Program-made: the position numbers and the translations under genes
From: Phycisphaeraceae bacterium
Lineage (GTDB): Bacteria; Planctomycetota; Phycisphaerae; Phycisphaerales; Phycisphaeraceae
Assembly (NCBI GenBank): GCA_020849625.1
Contig: JADLFV010000123.1
Span: 10,605 to 74,604 of the forward strand
Length of the DNA stretch: 64,000 nucleotides
Direction of reading: 5' to 3'
Notes under the pieces: generated by a model
The model's database searches: none
Seen by the model: only the letters and a program-made list of their open reading frames with translations
What the model was told of the DNA's origin: nothing
Part shown: positions 35,325 through 44,792 of the stretch, piece by piece
Layout of the letters: each line of letters opens with the position of its first letter
Numbering within the stretch: the stretch's first letter is position 1

Positions 35325-37205
35325 TCAGGCGGCCGGCGGTTGCAGTTGGCTGCGGGTGAGAACCTGGTAGGTGGGGCAGCGGCCCAGCAGTTCGTGATGG
35401 GTGCCGCGATCGATGATGCGGCCGGCGTCCATGACCAGGATCTGGTCGGCGTCGATCACGGTGCTGAGGCGGTGGGCGATGATGAAGGTGGTGCGACCGC
35501 GTCGCAACTTGCGCAGGGCCTGGCTAATGCGGGCCTCGCTGTCGGCGTCGATCTGGCTGGTGGCCTCATCCAGGATCAGGATGCTGGGGTCGCTGAGGAT
35601 GGCCCGGGCGATGGCCAGGCGCTGCCGCTGGCCGCCGCTGAGGCCTTCTCCAGCCTCGCCCAGCAGGCTGTCGTAGCCATGGGGAAGCTGGCTGATGAAC
35701 TCGTGGGCCCCGGCCAGGCGGGCGGCCTGCTCGATGCGGGCCGGCGGCGTCAGCGGCCGGGCATAGGCGATATTCTCCGCGATCGTGCCCTCAAACAGAA
35801 TCGTCTGCTGGCTCACCATGGCGATCTGCTCACGCAGGGAGCGCAGGTTGACCGTCGCGATGTCGGTCCCGTCGATCAGCACCCGACCAGCCTGGGGCTG
35901 ATACAACCGCGGCAGCAGGCTCATCAGGGTGGACTTGCCCGAGCCGTTGGCCCCCACAATGGCGGTGGTGCGGCCGAAGGGAATGGTGATGTCCACGTCG
36001 CGCAAAGCGTCTTCCTGCAGGGGGTCGTAGGTGAAAAAGACCTGTTCGAAGCGGACGTCGCGGCGGTGTCGGGCCAGCTTGGGCCTATCGCGGCGGGCCT
36101 TGAACTGCACCGGCTCCAGGGGCAGTTGCATGCCCTGCATGATGCGGGTGGCGGCGGCGTCGGATTCCTTGATCTGGATGTGAATGCCGGTCAGCGGCTT
36201 GAGACTGGCACCGGCGGCGGCGAGGCTGAGCATGACCAGGGCGAAGCGCTGCGGCTCGGTGTTGGAGCCGAAGAAAAACCACGCCGCGATCGTGGCCGTC
36301 ACCAGCACGCCCACCAGCGCCAGCGTTTCGATCACCGGGCCGGCCAGTGCCCGGGCCTGACGCATGGCCATCTGCTCGGCGAACAATCGCCGATTGAGCC
36401 TGCTGAAGCGGCGGCGCTCGAAGGCTTCGGCGTTCTGCGTCTTGATCACCGGCAGGGCTACCGACACGCTGTGCAGCGACTTGACCATCGCCGCCTGCTC
36501 GCGCAAAGCCCGTCGGCTGGCCCGCTTGATCACCTTGCCGAACTTGCGCATCCAGATCACGATCAGCGGCGCCGCGATCAGGGCCAGCAGCGTCAGCACC
36601 CAGTCCAGCAGCAGCGCCACGCACAGGGCGCTGGCGCCTTTGATCACCTCGGCCACCGCTTTGCTGAGGATGGCCAGTTGCCCGCGGATCAGCACGTTGA
36701 TATCGACGATCAGTCGGCTGGCGAAACCGCTGCCTTCCTCCTGTTCGCCCAGGGCACCCAGCGGGGCAAAGAGCATGCGGTCGAACAGCCGCCCCCGCCA
36801 GATCATCGCCAGCCGCTGCACCGCGGTGATGGTCAGCAGTTCGTGCAGGTAGCGCCCGAAGCTGCCGATCAGCGTCAGCACCAGCACCGCGCTGAGCACC
36901 GTCACGAAGGAAGCGAACAGGCTTTGCGGGATCAGGTCGGTGATGTGCTGGGCCAGCTCGACGCGCCAGGGCGCAGGCGCGATGTCGGGTGAATCGGTGG
37001 CCAGCAGCTTGTCGTTGACCAGTTGCGGCAGGGGGTTTTGGCCCTTGGCGCCTTCACCGCTGAAAAAGAGGGTGAAGATGGGATAGAGCATGGCCAGGCC
37101 CGCCCCGAAGCAGGCCCCGGAGATCACCGCGCCGCCCAGGGCTGGGATCAGCAGGCGCTTGAATCGCAGCAGCTCGCCCGTGGTTTTCCAGAAGTCACCG
37201 CGCAT
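35325..37205 (-). CDS. ABC transporter permease/ATP-binding protein (MsbA-like exporter)
   Basis: N-terminal 6-TM domain; Walker A GANGSGKST, signature LSGGQRQR, Walker B ILILDEATS. Confidence 0.85.
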   Translation of the reverse strand: MRGDFWKTTGELLRFKRLLIPALGGAVISGACFGAGLAMLYPIFTLFFSGEGAKGQNPLPQLVNDKLLATDSPDIAPAPWRVELAQHITDLIPQSLFASFVTVLSAVLVLTLIGSFGRYLHELLTITAVQRLAMIWRGRLFDRMLFAPLGALGEQEEGSGFASRLIVDINVLIRGQLAILSKAVAEVIKGASALCVALLLDWVLTLLALIAAPLIVIWMRKFGKVIKRASRRALREQAAMVKSLHSVSVALPVIKTQNAEAFERRRFSRLNRRLFAEQMAMRQARALAGPVIETLALVGVLVTATIAAWFFFGSNTEPQRFALVMLSLAAAGASLKPLTGIHIQIKESDAAATRIMQGMQLPLEPVQFKARRDRPKLARHRRDVRFEQVFFTYDPLQEDALRDVDITIPFGRTTAIVGANGSGKSTLMSLLPRLYQPQAGRVLIDGTDIATVNLRSLREQIAMVSQQTILFEGTIAENIAYARPLTPPARIEQAARLAGAHEFISQLPHGYDSLLGEAGEGLSGGQRQRLAIARAILSDPSILILDEATSQIDADSEARISQALRKLRRGRTTFIIAHRLSTVIDADQILVMDAGRIIDRGTHHELLGRCPTYQVLTRSQLQPPAA

Positions 37206-37275
37206 GCGAGGGGTAGTGTACCTATTGCGGTGAGGGACGGCCGCTGAAGCGGCCACCGCCGCGAGTAGGGGCGGT

Positions 37276-38589
37276 TTATCCGTAGAGCCGTTGCAGGTAG
37301 TCGAAGAAGTCGGGGAAGGTCTTTTTGACGCAGGACGGGTCGTTGATGGCGACGCCGCCGTAGCGCAGACCCGCCAGGGCGAAGCTCATGGCCATGCGAT
37401 GGTCGTCGTAAGTGTCGATGGCTGCGGGGGTGATTTTGCCGCCGGCCGGTGGTGTGATGGTGATGTCGTTGCCGTCGATGCGCACGGTTGCACCCAGCTT
37501 GGTCAACTCGCGCTGCAGGGCGGCCAGGCGGTCGGTCTCCTTCACGCGCAGGTTGCCCACATTGCGGATGACCGTCTGACCTTCCGCAAACAAGGCCGCT
37601 ACCGCCAGCGTCTGAGCCATGTCGGGCATGTCGTTCAGACCGACATCCACGCCGCGCAGCCTGGCAGGCCCGGTGACCGTCACGTGATCGGGCTTGACCG
37701 AAACTTCCGCGCCCATCTTCGCCAGCACGTCCACGAACCGCGCATCGCCCTGGATCGAATCGCTGCCCAGCTTGTCGATCTTGCATCTGCTGCCGGGGGT
37801 CATCGCCGCCGCGGTCAGGAAATAGCTGGCGTTGGAGGCGTCCGGCTCTATGTCAAACGCGATGCCCTTGTAACCACTCTGCTCCACGCGAATCACCGAC
37901 AGATCGTCGGCCGCCTTCACCTCGGCTCCGAAGCACTGCATCAGTCGCACCGTCATCCACACGTACGGCGAACTGATCACCGGTGTGTCCACGTGCAGCG
38001 TCACGCCGCCCTGGCAGTACGGCCCGACCATGATCACCGCGCTGATGAACTGGCTGGACGTATCGTTGGGCAGGTGCGGCGGACAGTCCGGGTTGAAATA
38101 CAATCCATGCGATTCAATCCACAGCGGCAGATAGCCGTAGGCCCCGTTGTAATGGATCGTCGCGCCCAGGCGCATCAGGGCGTCAACCTGCTGCCCGATG
38201 GGGCGATGGCGCATGCGGGTGGTGCCATCGACCTGATACCGGCCATGGCCCAGACACAGGGCCGCGGTCAGGAAGCGCACCGCCGTGCCGGCATTACCCA
38301 GGAACACCGCCGCGTCTTCCTTGACGATCTGTCCGTCGCGCCCCTCGACCTCGGCCGTGTGCGTGGGGATATCGACCTTGAGCTGGAAGTTCAGTTGCTC
38401 CAGGGCCTCCATCATGTTGCGCGTGTCATCGCTGAACAGGACGTGGCGCAGCGTGCTGTGACCCCTGGCCAGGGCTGCCAACAACAGGGCGCGGTTGCTG
38501 AGGCTCTTGGACCCGGGCAGATCATCGATGGTCAGATTGAAGCGTCCGGGCAGCGGGGCGATCTCGAGTTGGTCGGGGTAATCTGGCAT
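37276..38589 (-). CDS. aroA: 3-phosphoshikimate 1-carboxyvinyltransferase (EPSP synthase)
   Basis: Start MPDYPDQLEIAPL at 38589; LPGSKSLSNRALLLAAL, NAGTAVRFL. The upstream part of the 520-aa ORF reads through a repeat and is not coding. Confidence 0.9.
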   Translation of the reverse strand: MPDYPDQLEIAPLPGRFNLTIDDLPGSKSLSNRALLLAALARGHSTLRHVLFSDDTRNMMEALEQLNFQLKVDIPTHTAEVEGRDGQIVKEDAAVFLGNAGTAVRFLTAALCLGHGRYQVDGTTRMRHRPIGQQVDALMRLGATIHYNGAYGYLPLWIESHGLYFNPDCPPHLPNDTSSQFISAVIMVGPYCQGGVTLHVDTPVISSPYVWMTVRLMQCFGAEVKAADDLSVIRVEQSGYKGIAFDIEPDASNASYFLTAAAMTPGSRCKIDKLGSDSIQGDARFVDVLAKMGAEVSVKPDHVTVTGPARLRGVDVGLNDMPDMAQTLAVAALFAEGQTVIRNVGNLRVKETDRLAALQRELTKLGATVRIDGNDITITPPAGGKITPAAIDTYDDHRMAMSFALAGLRYGGVAINDPSCVKKTFPDFFDYLQRLYG

Positions 38590-38595
38590 GAAGGA

Positions 38596-38686
38596 ACCGC
38601 AGATGAACGCAGATGGACGCGGATAAAAGCAAAAGCAATTTTTTTGATCTGCGTTTATCCGCGTCTCATCCGCGTTCATCCGCGGT
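38596..38686. repeat. Long hairpin, CGCAGATG(A/G)A 10-nt-unit family
   Basis: Left arm 38596-38627 (ACCGCAGATGAACGCAGATGGACGCGGATAAA) is the imperfect reverse complement of the right arm 38654-38686 (TTTATCCGCGTCTCATCCGCGTTCATCCGCGGT). Confidence 0.85.
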
Positions 38687-38701
38687 TGCATTGTTTCAGT
38701 T

Positions 38702-39022
38702 TCAGGCTTTGCGAAACACCGCCACGATGTTCTCCACCGGGACCACGAACAGGCGGTTGTCGCCCTCGAAGTCCACGGGGATCGCCTCCTTGGGGTTGAA
38801 CAGCACGCGGTCGTACTGCTCGATCGGATAGTTGACATCCGCAGCCACCTCAGCCGAGACGCTGACCACCCGGCCGGTCAGGGTGGGGATTTCGATCTTG
38901 TCCGGCAGATGGATGCCGCTCTTGGTCTGCTTCTTGTCCTCATCCTTGCGGATCAGGACGCGCTTGCCGATCGGCTCGACCGTTTCCAGCTTGGATCGGG
39001 TTTTCGCGTTGGCGTTGCTCAT
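38702..39022 (-). CDS. GroES/Cpn10-like co-chaperonin (divergent, no adjacent groEL)
   Basis: VEPIGKRVLIRKDEDKKQTKSGIHLPD...TGRVVSVS...YDRVLF layout matches the Cpn10 fold pattern. Confidence 0.6.
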   Translation of the reverse strand: MSNANAKTRSKLETVEPIGKRVLIRKDEDKKQTKSGIHLPDKIEIPTLTGRVVSVSAEVAADVNYPIEQYDRVLFNPKEAIPVDFEGDNRLFVVPVENIVAVFRKA

Positions 39023-39172
39023 ACCGTCATTTTAGCCGATTTCCTGCCGGTTCGCCTGCCCCCCGGAGCGACGCCCGCCTGCAATAAACCGTCCAGTCAG
39101 CCGTTGGGCCGCGGGGCGCCGCTATCCATGCGCCCGCTGTTGCCCCTGAGCGAATCGACCGGATCAGTGTAT

Positions 39173-41089
39173 ATGACGATTCGATACAATGCCGCCATGC
39201 CCCGAACCATCGCGTGGTTGTGCCTCTGCCTCGCCATGATTGCGTTGGCAGGCTGCCGCTCTCCGATGCAGCGACTCGATCAGCAGGTGGCGGACATGAT
39301 CAATCAGCGTCAGGCGGAGACCTTCGGCGCTGATGCCCCCAACGATCCGCACTATCTCTCGCCGGCCGAAGACGCGGTTGGCAGCGGCGATCTCTACGAC
39401 ACCAATCCCGCCACCAACAATCCTGCCGTCGATCAGTTGCCCGCAGCCACCGATCCCGATCCGCACCAGATCGATCCCGAAGGCAAGAACATGCCGTCCA
39501 TGCTCGATGCGGCCGAGGACGCGGTGGAGATGGACCTGCAGGATGTGCTGGCTTACGCCATCGAGCACGCTCCGACCTATCGCAATCGCAAGGAAGACCT
39601 GTACCTGAGCGTGCTGTCGCTGATCGCTGAGCGGCACCTGTGGGGCCCGCGATTCTTCGACACCATCACCAGCCGCTACAGTGGCACGCCCGAGCGCGGC
39701 GATTACGATACCTCGCTGAGCCTGGTCAACGAACTGGGCGTCACCCAGCGTTTGCCCTACGGCGGATCCATCGGGGCCTCAGCCCTGGTCAACTACGTCA
39801 ACTACCTTCAAAACGAGGTGGACACCCCGGGTGATCCGCGCGAGGAGCAATCCTCCAGCGTCGAGCTTTCCCTCGATCTGCCCCTGCTGCGCGGCGCGGG
39901 TATGGCCGCCCGCGAGGACCTGATCCAATCCGAGCGTAACGTGATTTATGCCGTGCGCAGCTTCGAGCGCTTCCGTCGCACCTTCATGGTCGATCTGGCC
40001 AACAGCTACTTCGAGCTTATTCGCCGCCAAGGCTCGCTCACCAACCAGCGCGTGCAGGTGGACAACCTGCAACTGCTCTACGAGCGTTACCAGGCCTTCG
40101 CCAATGCCGGCAAAGTGCCGGGCTTCGACGCGGAGAACACCAAGATGCAGGTGCTGTTCGCCCGCAACAACCTGTTGAACGCCGAGGAGTCCTACGCCGC
40201 GGCCGTCGATGCCTTCAAATTGCAGATCGGCTTCCCCACCACGGGCAACCTGGTAATCAAGCCATTGGAGATCGAAGCTCCCGTGCCGCTGCTGGATTCG
40301 GCCGCCTCGGTGCGCACCGCCTGGGAGCTGCGACTTGATCTACAGACCCAGCACGACCAGGTGGACGACGCCCAGCGCGGCGTGCGCGTGGCGCAGAACG
40401 GCATGCTGCCCGACCTCGACCTGTCCGCCTCCGTCTCGGCGCCCTCCGATATCGCCAAGCAGCGCGGCGGGTTCGACCTGGACCTGGGTGAGGGTGACTA
40501 CCAGATCGGCGCGACGCTCGCGCTGCCACTGGACCGCCTGGTCGAACGCACCCGGCTGCGCCGGGCCCAGATCGATCTGGAACAGCAGAAGCGCAGCTAT
40601 CAACTGTCCCGCGATCAGATCGCCCTGCAGGTGCGGCGAACGGTGCGCTCCATCGAGCAGGCTCGCATCACGCTGCAGCTTCAGGAGCAGAACGTGTTCC
40701 TGGCTGAGCGGCGGCTGGAAGGGCTGCACATTCAGGAAGAGGACATTCAGCCGCGCGAGATCATCGACGCTGAAGAGGACCTGCTCTCCGCTCGTGATCG
40801 CCGCGAGTCGGCCGTGGCTGACCTGCGCAGCAACGTGCTGCAATACCTGCTGGACACCGGCCAGATGCGCGTGGCCCCCGACGGCCGCTGGCTGGCCCCG
40901 GTCAAACTCGCTTCCCCAACCGCTCCCCCGGCGGAGGCCGATTCCTCGGCCGTCGCATCCCCTGAACTCTCGCAACCCAACCATGCGGCGGAGGCCGATT
41001 CATCGGCCGTCTCCCCCGCCCCTGTTCCCGATCAGCAAGATTCCCCCGCGCCAGCACCCCCAGTGGAAATCCCTGCTCAGCAAGGCTAA
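39173..41089 (+). CDS. TolC family outer-membrane efflux protein (lipoprotein signal)
   Basis: Lipobox LAGC; two tandem TolC-type coiled repeats. C-terminal low-complexity tail with the direct repeat AEADSSAV. Alternative start at 39197. Confidence 0.75.
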   Translation: MTIRYNAAMPRTIAWLCLCLAMIALAGCRSPMQRLDQQVADMINQRQAETFGADAPNDPHYLSPAEDAVGSGDLYDTNPATNNPAVDQLPAATDPDPHQIDPEGKNMPSMLDAAEDAVEMDLQDVLAYAIEHAPTYRNRKEDLYLSVLSLIAERHLWGPRFFDTITSRYSGTPERGDYDTSLSLVNELGVTQRLPYGGSIGASALVNYVNYLQNEVDTPGDPREEQSSSVELSLDLPLLRGAGMAAREDLIQSERNVIYAVRSFERFRRTFMVDLANSYFELIRRQGSLTNQRVQVDNLQLLYERYQAFANAGKVPGFDAENTKMQVLFARNNLLNAEESYAAAVDAFKLQIGFPTTGNLVIKPLEIEAPVPLLDSAASVRTAWELRLDLQTQHDQVDDAQRGVRVAQNGMLPDLDLSASVSAPSDIAKQRGGFDLDLGEGDYQIGATLALPLDRLVERTRLRRAQIDLEQQKRSYQLSRDQIALQVRRTVRSIEQARITLQLQEQNVFLAERRLEGLHIQEEDIQPREIIDAEEDLLSARDRRESAVADLRSNVLQYLLDTGQMRVAPDGRWLAPVKLASPTAPPAEADSSAVASPELSQPNHAAEADSSAVSPAPVPDQQDSPAPAPPVEIPAQQG

Positions 41090-41116
41090 ACGGAAAGTAG
41101 CCGAAAGGATCGAACC

Positions 41117-43000
41117 ATGACCGACCAGGCGAAAAAGCGACTGACCCATTTGGCGCTGGGCGCCGCGGCCGTGCTGGTGGTGCTGGCCGGCTGGGCTTTG
41201 TTTTCCTTCTCCAACACCTCCAGCGCCGCCCCGTCCAGCGGCCGCAGCGCCCAGGCCGTCGAGTGGTACACCATCAAGCCCATCAGCTTCGACGTGACCG
41301 TGTTGGCCAGCGGCGAACTGGAGGCTCGCAACCAGATCGAGATCAAGTGCAAGGTCACCGGGCAGACGGCCATCATCAGCCTGGTGGATGAGGGCACGCG
41401 GGTCAAGGCCGGCGACGTGCTGGCCAAGCTGGATGACAAGGCCATCAAGAGCAGCATCGAGGACGAGGATCTGCGGGTGGTGCAGGCCCGGGCCGACAAG
41501 AGCGCCGCCGACACCAACGTGGAGTTGGCCAGACAGGATGCCGCCAGCGCCCAGCGCGACGCGGAGGTGGAGGTGAAGCTGGCCAAGCTGGCAATGGAGA
41601 AATGGCGCAACGGCGACGTGGTGCAGAAGCAGCGCGAGCTGAAGCTTTCTGTGGAACGCGCCCAGCGCAAGCTGGAGATCGCCAACCGCGAACTGAAGCT
41701 CGACCAGCAGCTCTGGGAGCAGAACTTCATCAGCCAGAACGATCTGAAAAATTCCGAGCTGGCCCAGATCGAAGCGGAGGACGCCCTGGTCACCGCCAAA
41801 CAGAACGTCGAAATCTACAACACCTACACCCATGAGCAGGAGATGCAGGAAAAGACCAACGTCGTCAACCAGGCCGAGTCGTGGTTGGTCCGCACCATCA
41901 GCCAGAACGAATTGAAGCTGTCCAAGGAGCTGGCCGACCAGGAGAGCAAGACACGCACGCTCCAGATGCGCGAGGATCACCTGGCTGAGCTGAAAGAGGA
42001 ACTGGCCAACACCACGGTGCTGGCGCCGTCCGACGGCATGGTGGTTTACGCCACCAGCGTCGGCCGCGACAGCCGCCGCAGCGGCAGCGACAATCCCATC
42101 ACCCAGGGACGCAGCGTCCGCTACGACGAAACCATCTTCCTGCTGCCCGATACTTCGCAGATGGTCGCCACCCTGCGCGTGCACGAGAGCCTGATGCCGC
42201 AGATCCGTCTCGACCAGCGGGTCACCGTCAGCATCGACGCCCGGGCCGAACCGATCGAGGGCCGCGTGTTGAGCATCGGCGTCATGGCCGAGACCGGCGG
42301 GTGGTTCAATCCGCAGTTGCGCGAGTACCTGGTGCGCGTCGCTCTGCCCCAGGAAGCCGACAGCGCCCTGAAGCCCGCCATGCGCTGCAAGGGCACGATC
42401 TTCGTCGGCCGCGTGACCAATGCCCTGGCGGTGCCCATCCAGGCGGTCAACACCGAAGGCAATCGCCGCTTCGTTTACGTCCCGGCCGACGGCAGCCACA
42501 TCAAACGCCAGGATGTGACCATCGGCCGATCCAGCGAAACCTACGTCGAAATCAGCAGCGGCCTGGATGAGGGCGCTCGCGTTCTGCTGCGCAATCCCAA
42601 GCCCGGCGAAGTGATCAACGAGCGCGGCCAGGTCGAAGAGACCACCACCACGGAACCCGCCGAGGGCGCCGCACAGGAAGCCGACTCCACCAACGCGGCC
42701 CCCAACCCCGCGCCTCCCGCCGGCGCCGGCCCCATGATGCCCGGCGGCAATCAGCCCGGAACACCAGCCGGCGAGCAGCGCCAGCGACCCCCCGGCTCCG
42801 GCGGTGGTGGCGGTGAATTCCGCCAGCGACCGTCCGGCCCTGGAAGTGGCAGCGGCGGCGGATTCCGTCAACGCCCATCCGATGGCAGCGACGGCGGCGG
42901 TAATTTCGCAGGCGGCGATCGCCCGCGCGGTCAGCGACCTTCCGATGAAAATACCGGGTCAGGTGGCGGCCAGAGCAGCGGCGGTTCACAGAACCCCTGA
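41117..43000 (+). CDS. HlyD/membrane-fusion (periplasmic adaptor) protein with Gly/Arg-rich C-terminal tail
   Basis: N-terminal TM; biotinyl-lipoyl-like segments (VKAGDVLAKLD, VLAPSDGMVVY); long coiled coil. Tail with repeated GGG(E/G)FRQRPS units. Confidence 0.8.
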   Translation: MTDQAKKRLTHLALGAAAVLVVLAGWALFSFSNTSSAAPSSGRSAQAVEWYTIKPISFDVTVLASGELEARNQIEIKCKVTGQTAIISLVDEGTRVKAGDVLAKLDDKAIKSSIEDEDLRVVQARADKSAADTNVELARQDAASAQRDAEVEVKLAKLAMEKWRNGDVVQKQRELKLSVERAQRKLEIANRELKLDQQLWEQNFISQNDLKNSELAQIEAEDALVTAKQNVEIYNTYTHEQEMQEKTNVVNQAESWLVRTISQNELKLSKELADQESKTRTLQMREDHLAELKEELANTTVLAPSDGMVVYATSVGRDSRRSGSDNPITQGRSVRYDETIFLLPDTSQMVATLRVHESLMPQIRLDQRVTVSIDARAEPIEGRVLSIGVMAETGGWFNPQLREYLVRVALPQEADSALKPAMRCKGTIFVGRVTNALAVPIQAVNTEGNRRFVYVPADGSHIKRQDVTIGRSSETYVEISSGLDEGARVLLRNPKPGEVINERGQVEETTTTEPAEGAAQEADSTNAAPNPAPPAGAGPMMPGGNQPGTPAGEQRQRPPGSGGGGGEFRQRPSGPGSGSGGGFRQRPSDGSDGGGNFAGGDRPRGQRPSDENTGSGGGQSSGGSQNP

Positions 43001-43005
43001 GGCTG

Positions 43006-43099
43006 AATGATGTCTGATGTCTGATTGATGATGAAGTAGGAGTCGTTTCAGACGCCTCAAGTTCTGACATCAGCAATCCGCAATCAGACATCAGAGATT
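43006..43099. repeat. Long hairpin, ATGTCTG / CAGACAT-unit family
   Basis: Left arm 43006-43033 (AATGATGTCTGATGTCTGATTGATGATG) is the imperfect reverse complement of the right arm 43064-43099 (CTGACATCAGCAATCCGCAATCAGACATCAGAGATT). Lies between convergent genes. Confidence 0.8.
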
Positions 43100-43101
43100 T
43101 T

Positions 43102-43527
43102 CTACTTCACCGGCAGCAGCGCCACATCGACGGCCGCATGGAACGGAGCCGTGACCGCATCCCTGGCGTTGTCGCCGTTCCAGTTGCCGGCGCGCTGACC
43201 CGATGTCGCCTCGGCGATCTGCATCTGAATCGCCGGCGGCAGCAGGGGGCTGATCGCATCATCGCCCAGCGGCACATGCCCGAAGTACGCAGGCAGGGCG
43301 CTTAGGCCGGCATCCGCCGGGCTGAAGGTCATCTGAGGCCAGTGGCTGCGGTCAAGGCCCTGCAGCGATGGCTGATCAGCGCCCGCAAACGGATCATCGT
43401 TGTTCTGAAGCGGGCTGAGCTTCTCGTACGGCTCCTGCTTCGGCCGCGTTTGCTGCTGACTCTGGCAGGCGGGCACCAGCACCGTCAGGACGGCCATCGA
43501 CAGGGCGAGCAAGAGGTGGTTTCGCAT
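43102..43527 (-). CDS. Hypothetical secreted protein / possible lipoprotein
   Basis: MRNHLLLALSMAVLTVLVPAC signal with a near-lipobox; no other recognisable motif. Confidence 0.45.
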   Translation of the reverse strand: MRNHLLLALSMAVLTVLVPACQSQQQTRPKQEPYEKLSPLQNNDDPFAGADQPSLQGLDRSHWPQMTFSPADAGLSALPAYFGHVPLGDDAISPLLPPAIQMQIAEATSGQRAGNWNGDNARDAVTAPFHAAVDVALLPVK

Positions 43528-43673
43528 GTGAACCTCCCGAGATGAGATAGGGGCAATCAATTCACTATACCCCGCTGTCGCAGCCAGTCCAATGCCGGCC
43601 CGGCTCGCGGCGAAGGGCAGTTTTGCCTCATCAGCCGGGGCCGATTAAGATGCTGGACTACGCACAAAGTCCG

Positions 43674-43702
43674 GCCCCCCGGAAGTGCCCGCCCCCGGAA
43701 GT
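43674..43702 (+). promoter_or_regulatory. Two direct copies of GCCCCCGGAAGT in a divergent intergenic region upstream of rpsF
   Basis: GCCCCCCGGAAGT (43674-43686) and GCCCCCGGAAGT (43691-43702). The same 10-mer core recurs 12 more times in the window. Confidence 0.3.
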
Positions 43703-43819
43703 TGTCGCCCGCGGCCTGAGGCTGCACGGCAGGCATAAATCCTGGCGGTTTCAGGGGTTGCCCAGCGTCGCGGCGCGTGGCCGTGACCACCGGACACTCG
43801 CGAAGGAGCCAACGCCATC

Positions 43820-44287
43820 ATGTCGCAAGTCACCGAAGTCAAAGCGCTGCGCCTCTACGAAGGCATGTTCCTGCTCAGCCAGCAAACCGCCTCCGCCGGC
43901 CTCAACGAAGCGATCAATGCCGTCAGCCAGATCCTTGAACGGGCCGAAGCTGAGGTGCTTTGCATCAGCAAGTGGGATGAGCGCAAGCTCTCGCACCCGA
44001 TCCGCGGCCAGAAGCGCGGCCTGTACGTGTACGCCCTGTTCCGCGCTGCCGGCGTCCGCATCGCCAACATCGAACGCGACTGCAACCTCGGCGACGACGT
44101 CACCCGCGTGCTGATCACCGCCGCTGATCACATGGGCGAAACCGAAATCGAACTGGCCCAGCAGGCGGCCGCCCGCACCGCCGATGAAGCGGTCCTCACC
44201 GCCGAGCCCGCCGTGACTGCCGAGGCCTCCGACCAGGATGACAACATCCTCGGCACCGTTAATGAATCAGAATCCGTGGAGGACTGA
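43820..44287 (+). CDS. rpsF: 30S ribosomal protein S6
   Basis: LRLYEGMFLL...WDERKLSHPIRGQKRGLYVYALF; acidic C-terminal tail. Confidence 0.9.
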   Translation: MSQVTEVKALRLYEGMFLLSQQTASAGLNEAINAVSQILERAEAEVLCISKWDERKLSHPIRGQKRGLYVYALFRAAGVRIANIERDCNLGDDVTRVLITAADHMGETEIELAQQAAARTADEAVLTAEPAVTAEASDQDDNILGTVNESESVED

Positions 44288-44289
44288 TC

Positions 44290-44784
44290 ATGCCGAACCT
44301 GAACAAGGTCATGCTGATGGGCAATCTGACGCGCGACCCCGAGTTGCGCTACACGCCGAACAATCTGGCGGTGGCGAACCTCGGCCTGGCGGTCAATCGC
44401 GTCTGGTACAACAAGCAGACCAATGAGAAGCAGGAGGAAACCACCTTCGTCGATTGCGAAGCCTGGGGCCGCACCGCCGAGGTGCTCTGCCAGTACCTGC
44501 AGAAAGGCCGACCTGTTTATCTCGAAGGCCGCCTCAAGCTCGATCAGTGGGAAGACAAGGACGGCCAGAAGCGATCCAAGCTCAAGGTCGTCGTTGACCA
44601 GTTTCAGTTCATCGACTCCAAACAAGGCCAGGGCGGTCCCCCCGGAAGCAGCGGCGGCCCCGATGGCGGCTCGGCCGGCTACAACAACAATCGCGGCAAC
44701 GCCCCGCGCCGGTCTGCGCCTGCTGCCGGGGGCGGCGGCGAGCCGATCCACGAGCCGATCGAAGAAGGAGACATTCCGTTCTGA
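44290..44784 (+). CDS. ssb: Single-stranded DNA-binding protein
   Basis: MPNLNKVMLMGNLTRDPELRYTP OB-fold N-terminus, Gly-rich linker, C-terminal DIPF. Confidence 0.9.
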   Translation: MPNLNKVMLMGNLTRDPELRYTPNNLAVANLGLAVNRVWYNKQTNEKQEETTFVDCEAWGRTAEVLCQYLQKGRPVYLEGRLKLDQWEDKDGQKRSKLKVVVDQFQFIDSKQGQGGPPGSSGGPDGGSAGYNNNRGNAPRRSAPAAGGGGEPIHEPIEEGDIPF

Positions 44785-44792
44785 TTTTTTAC

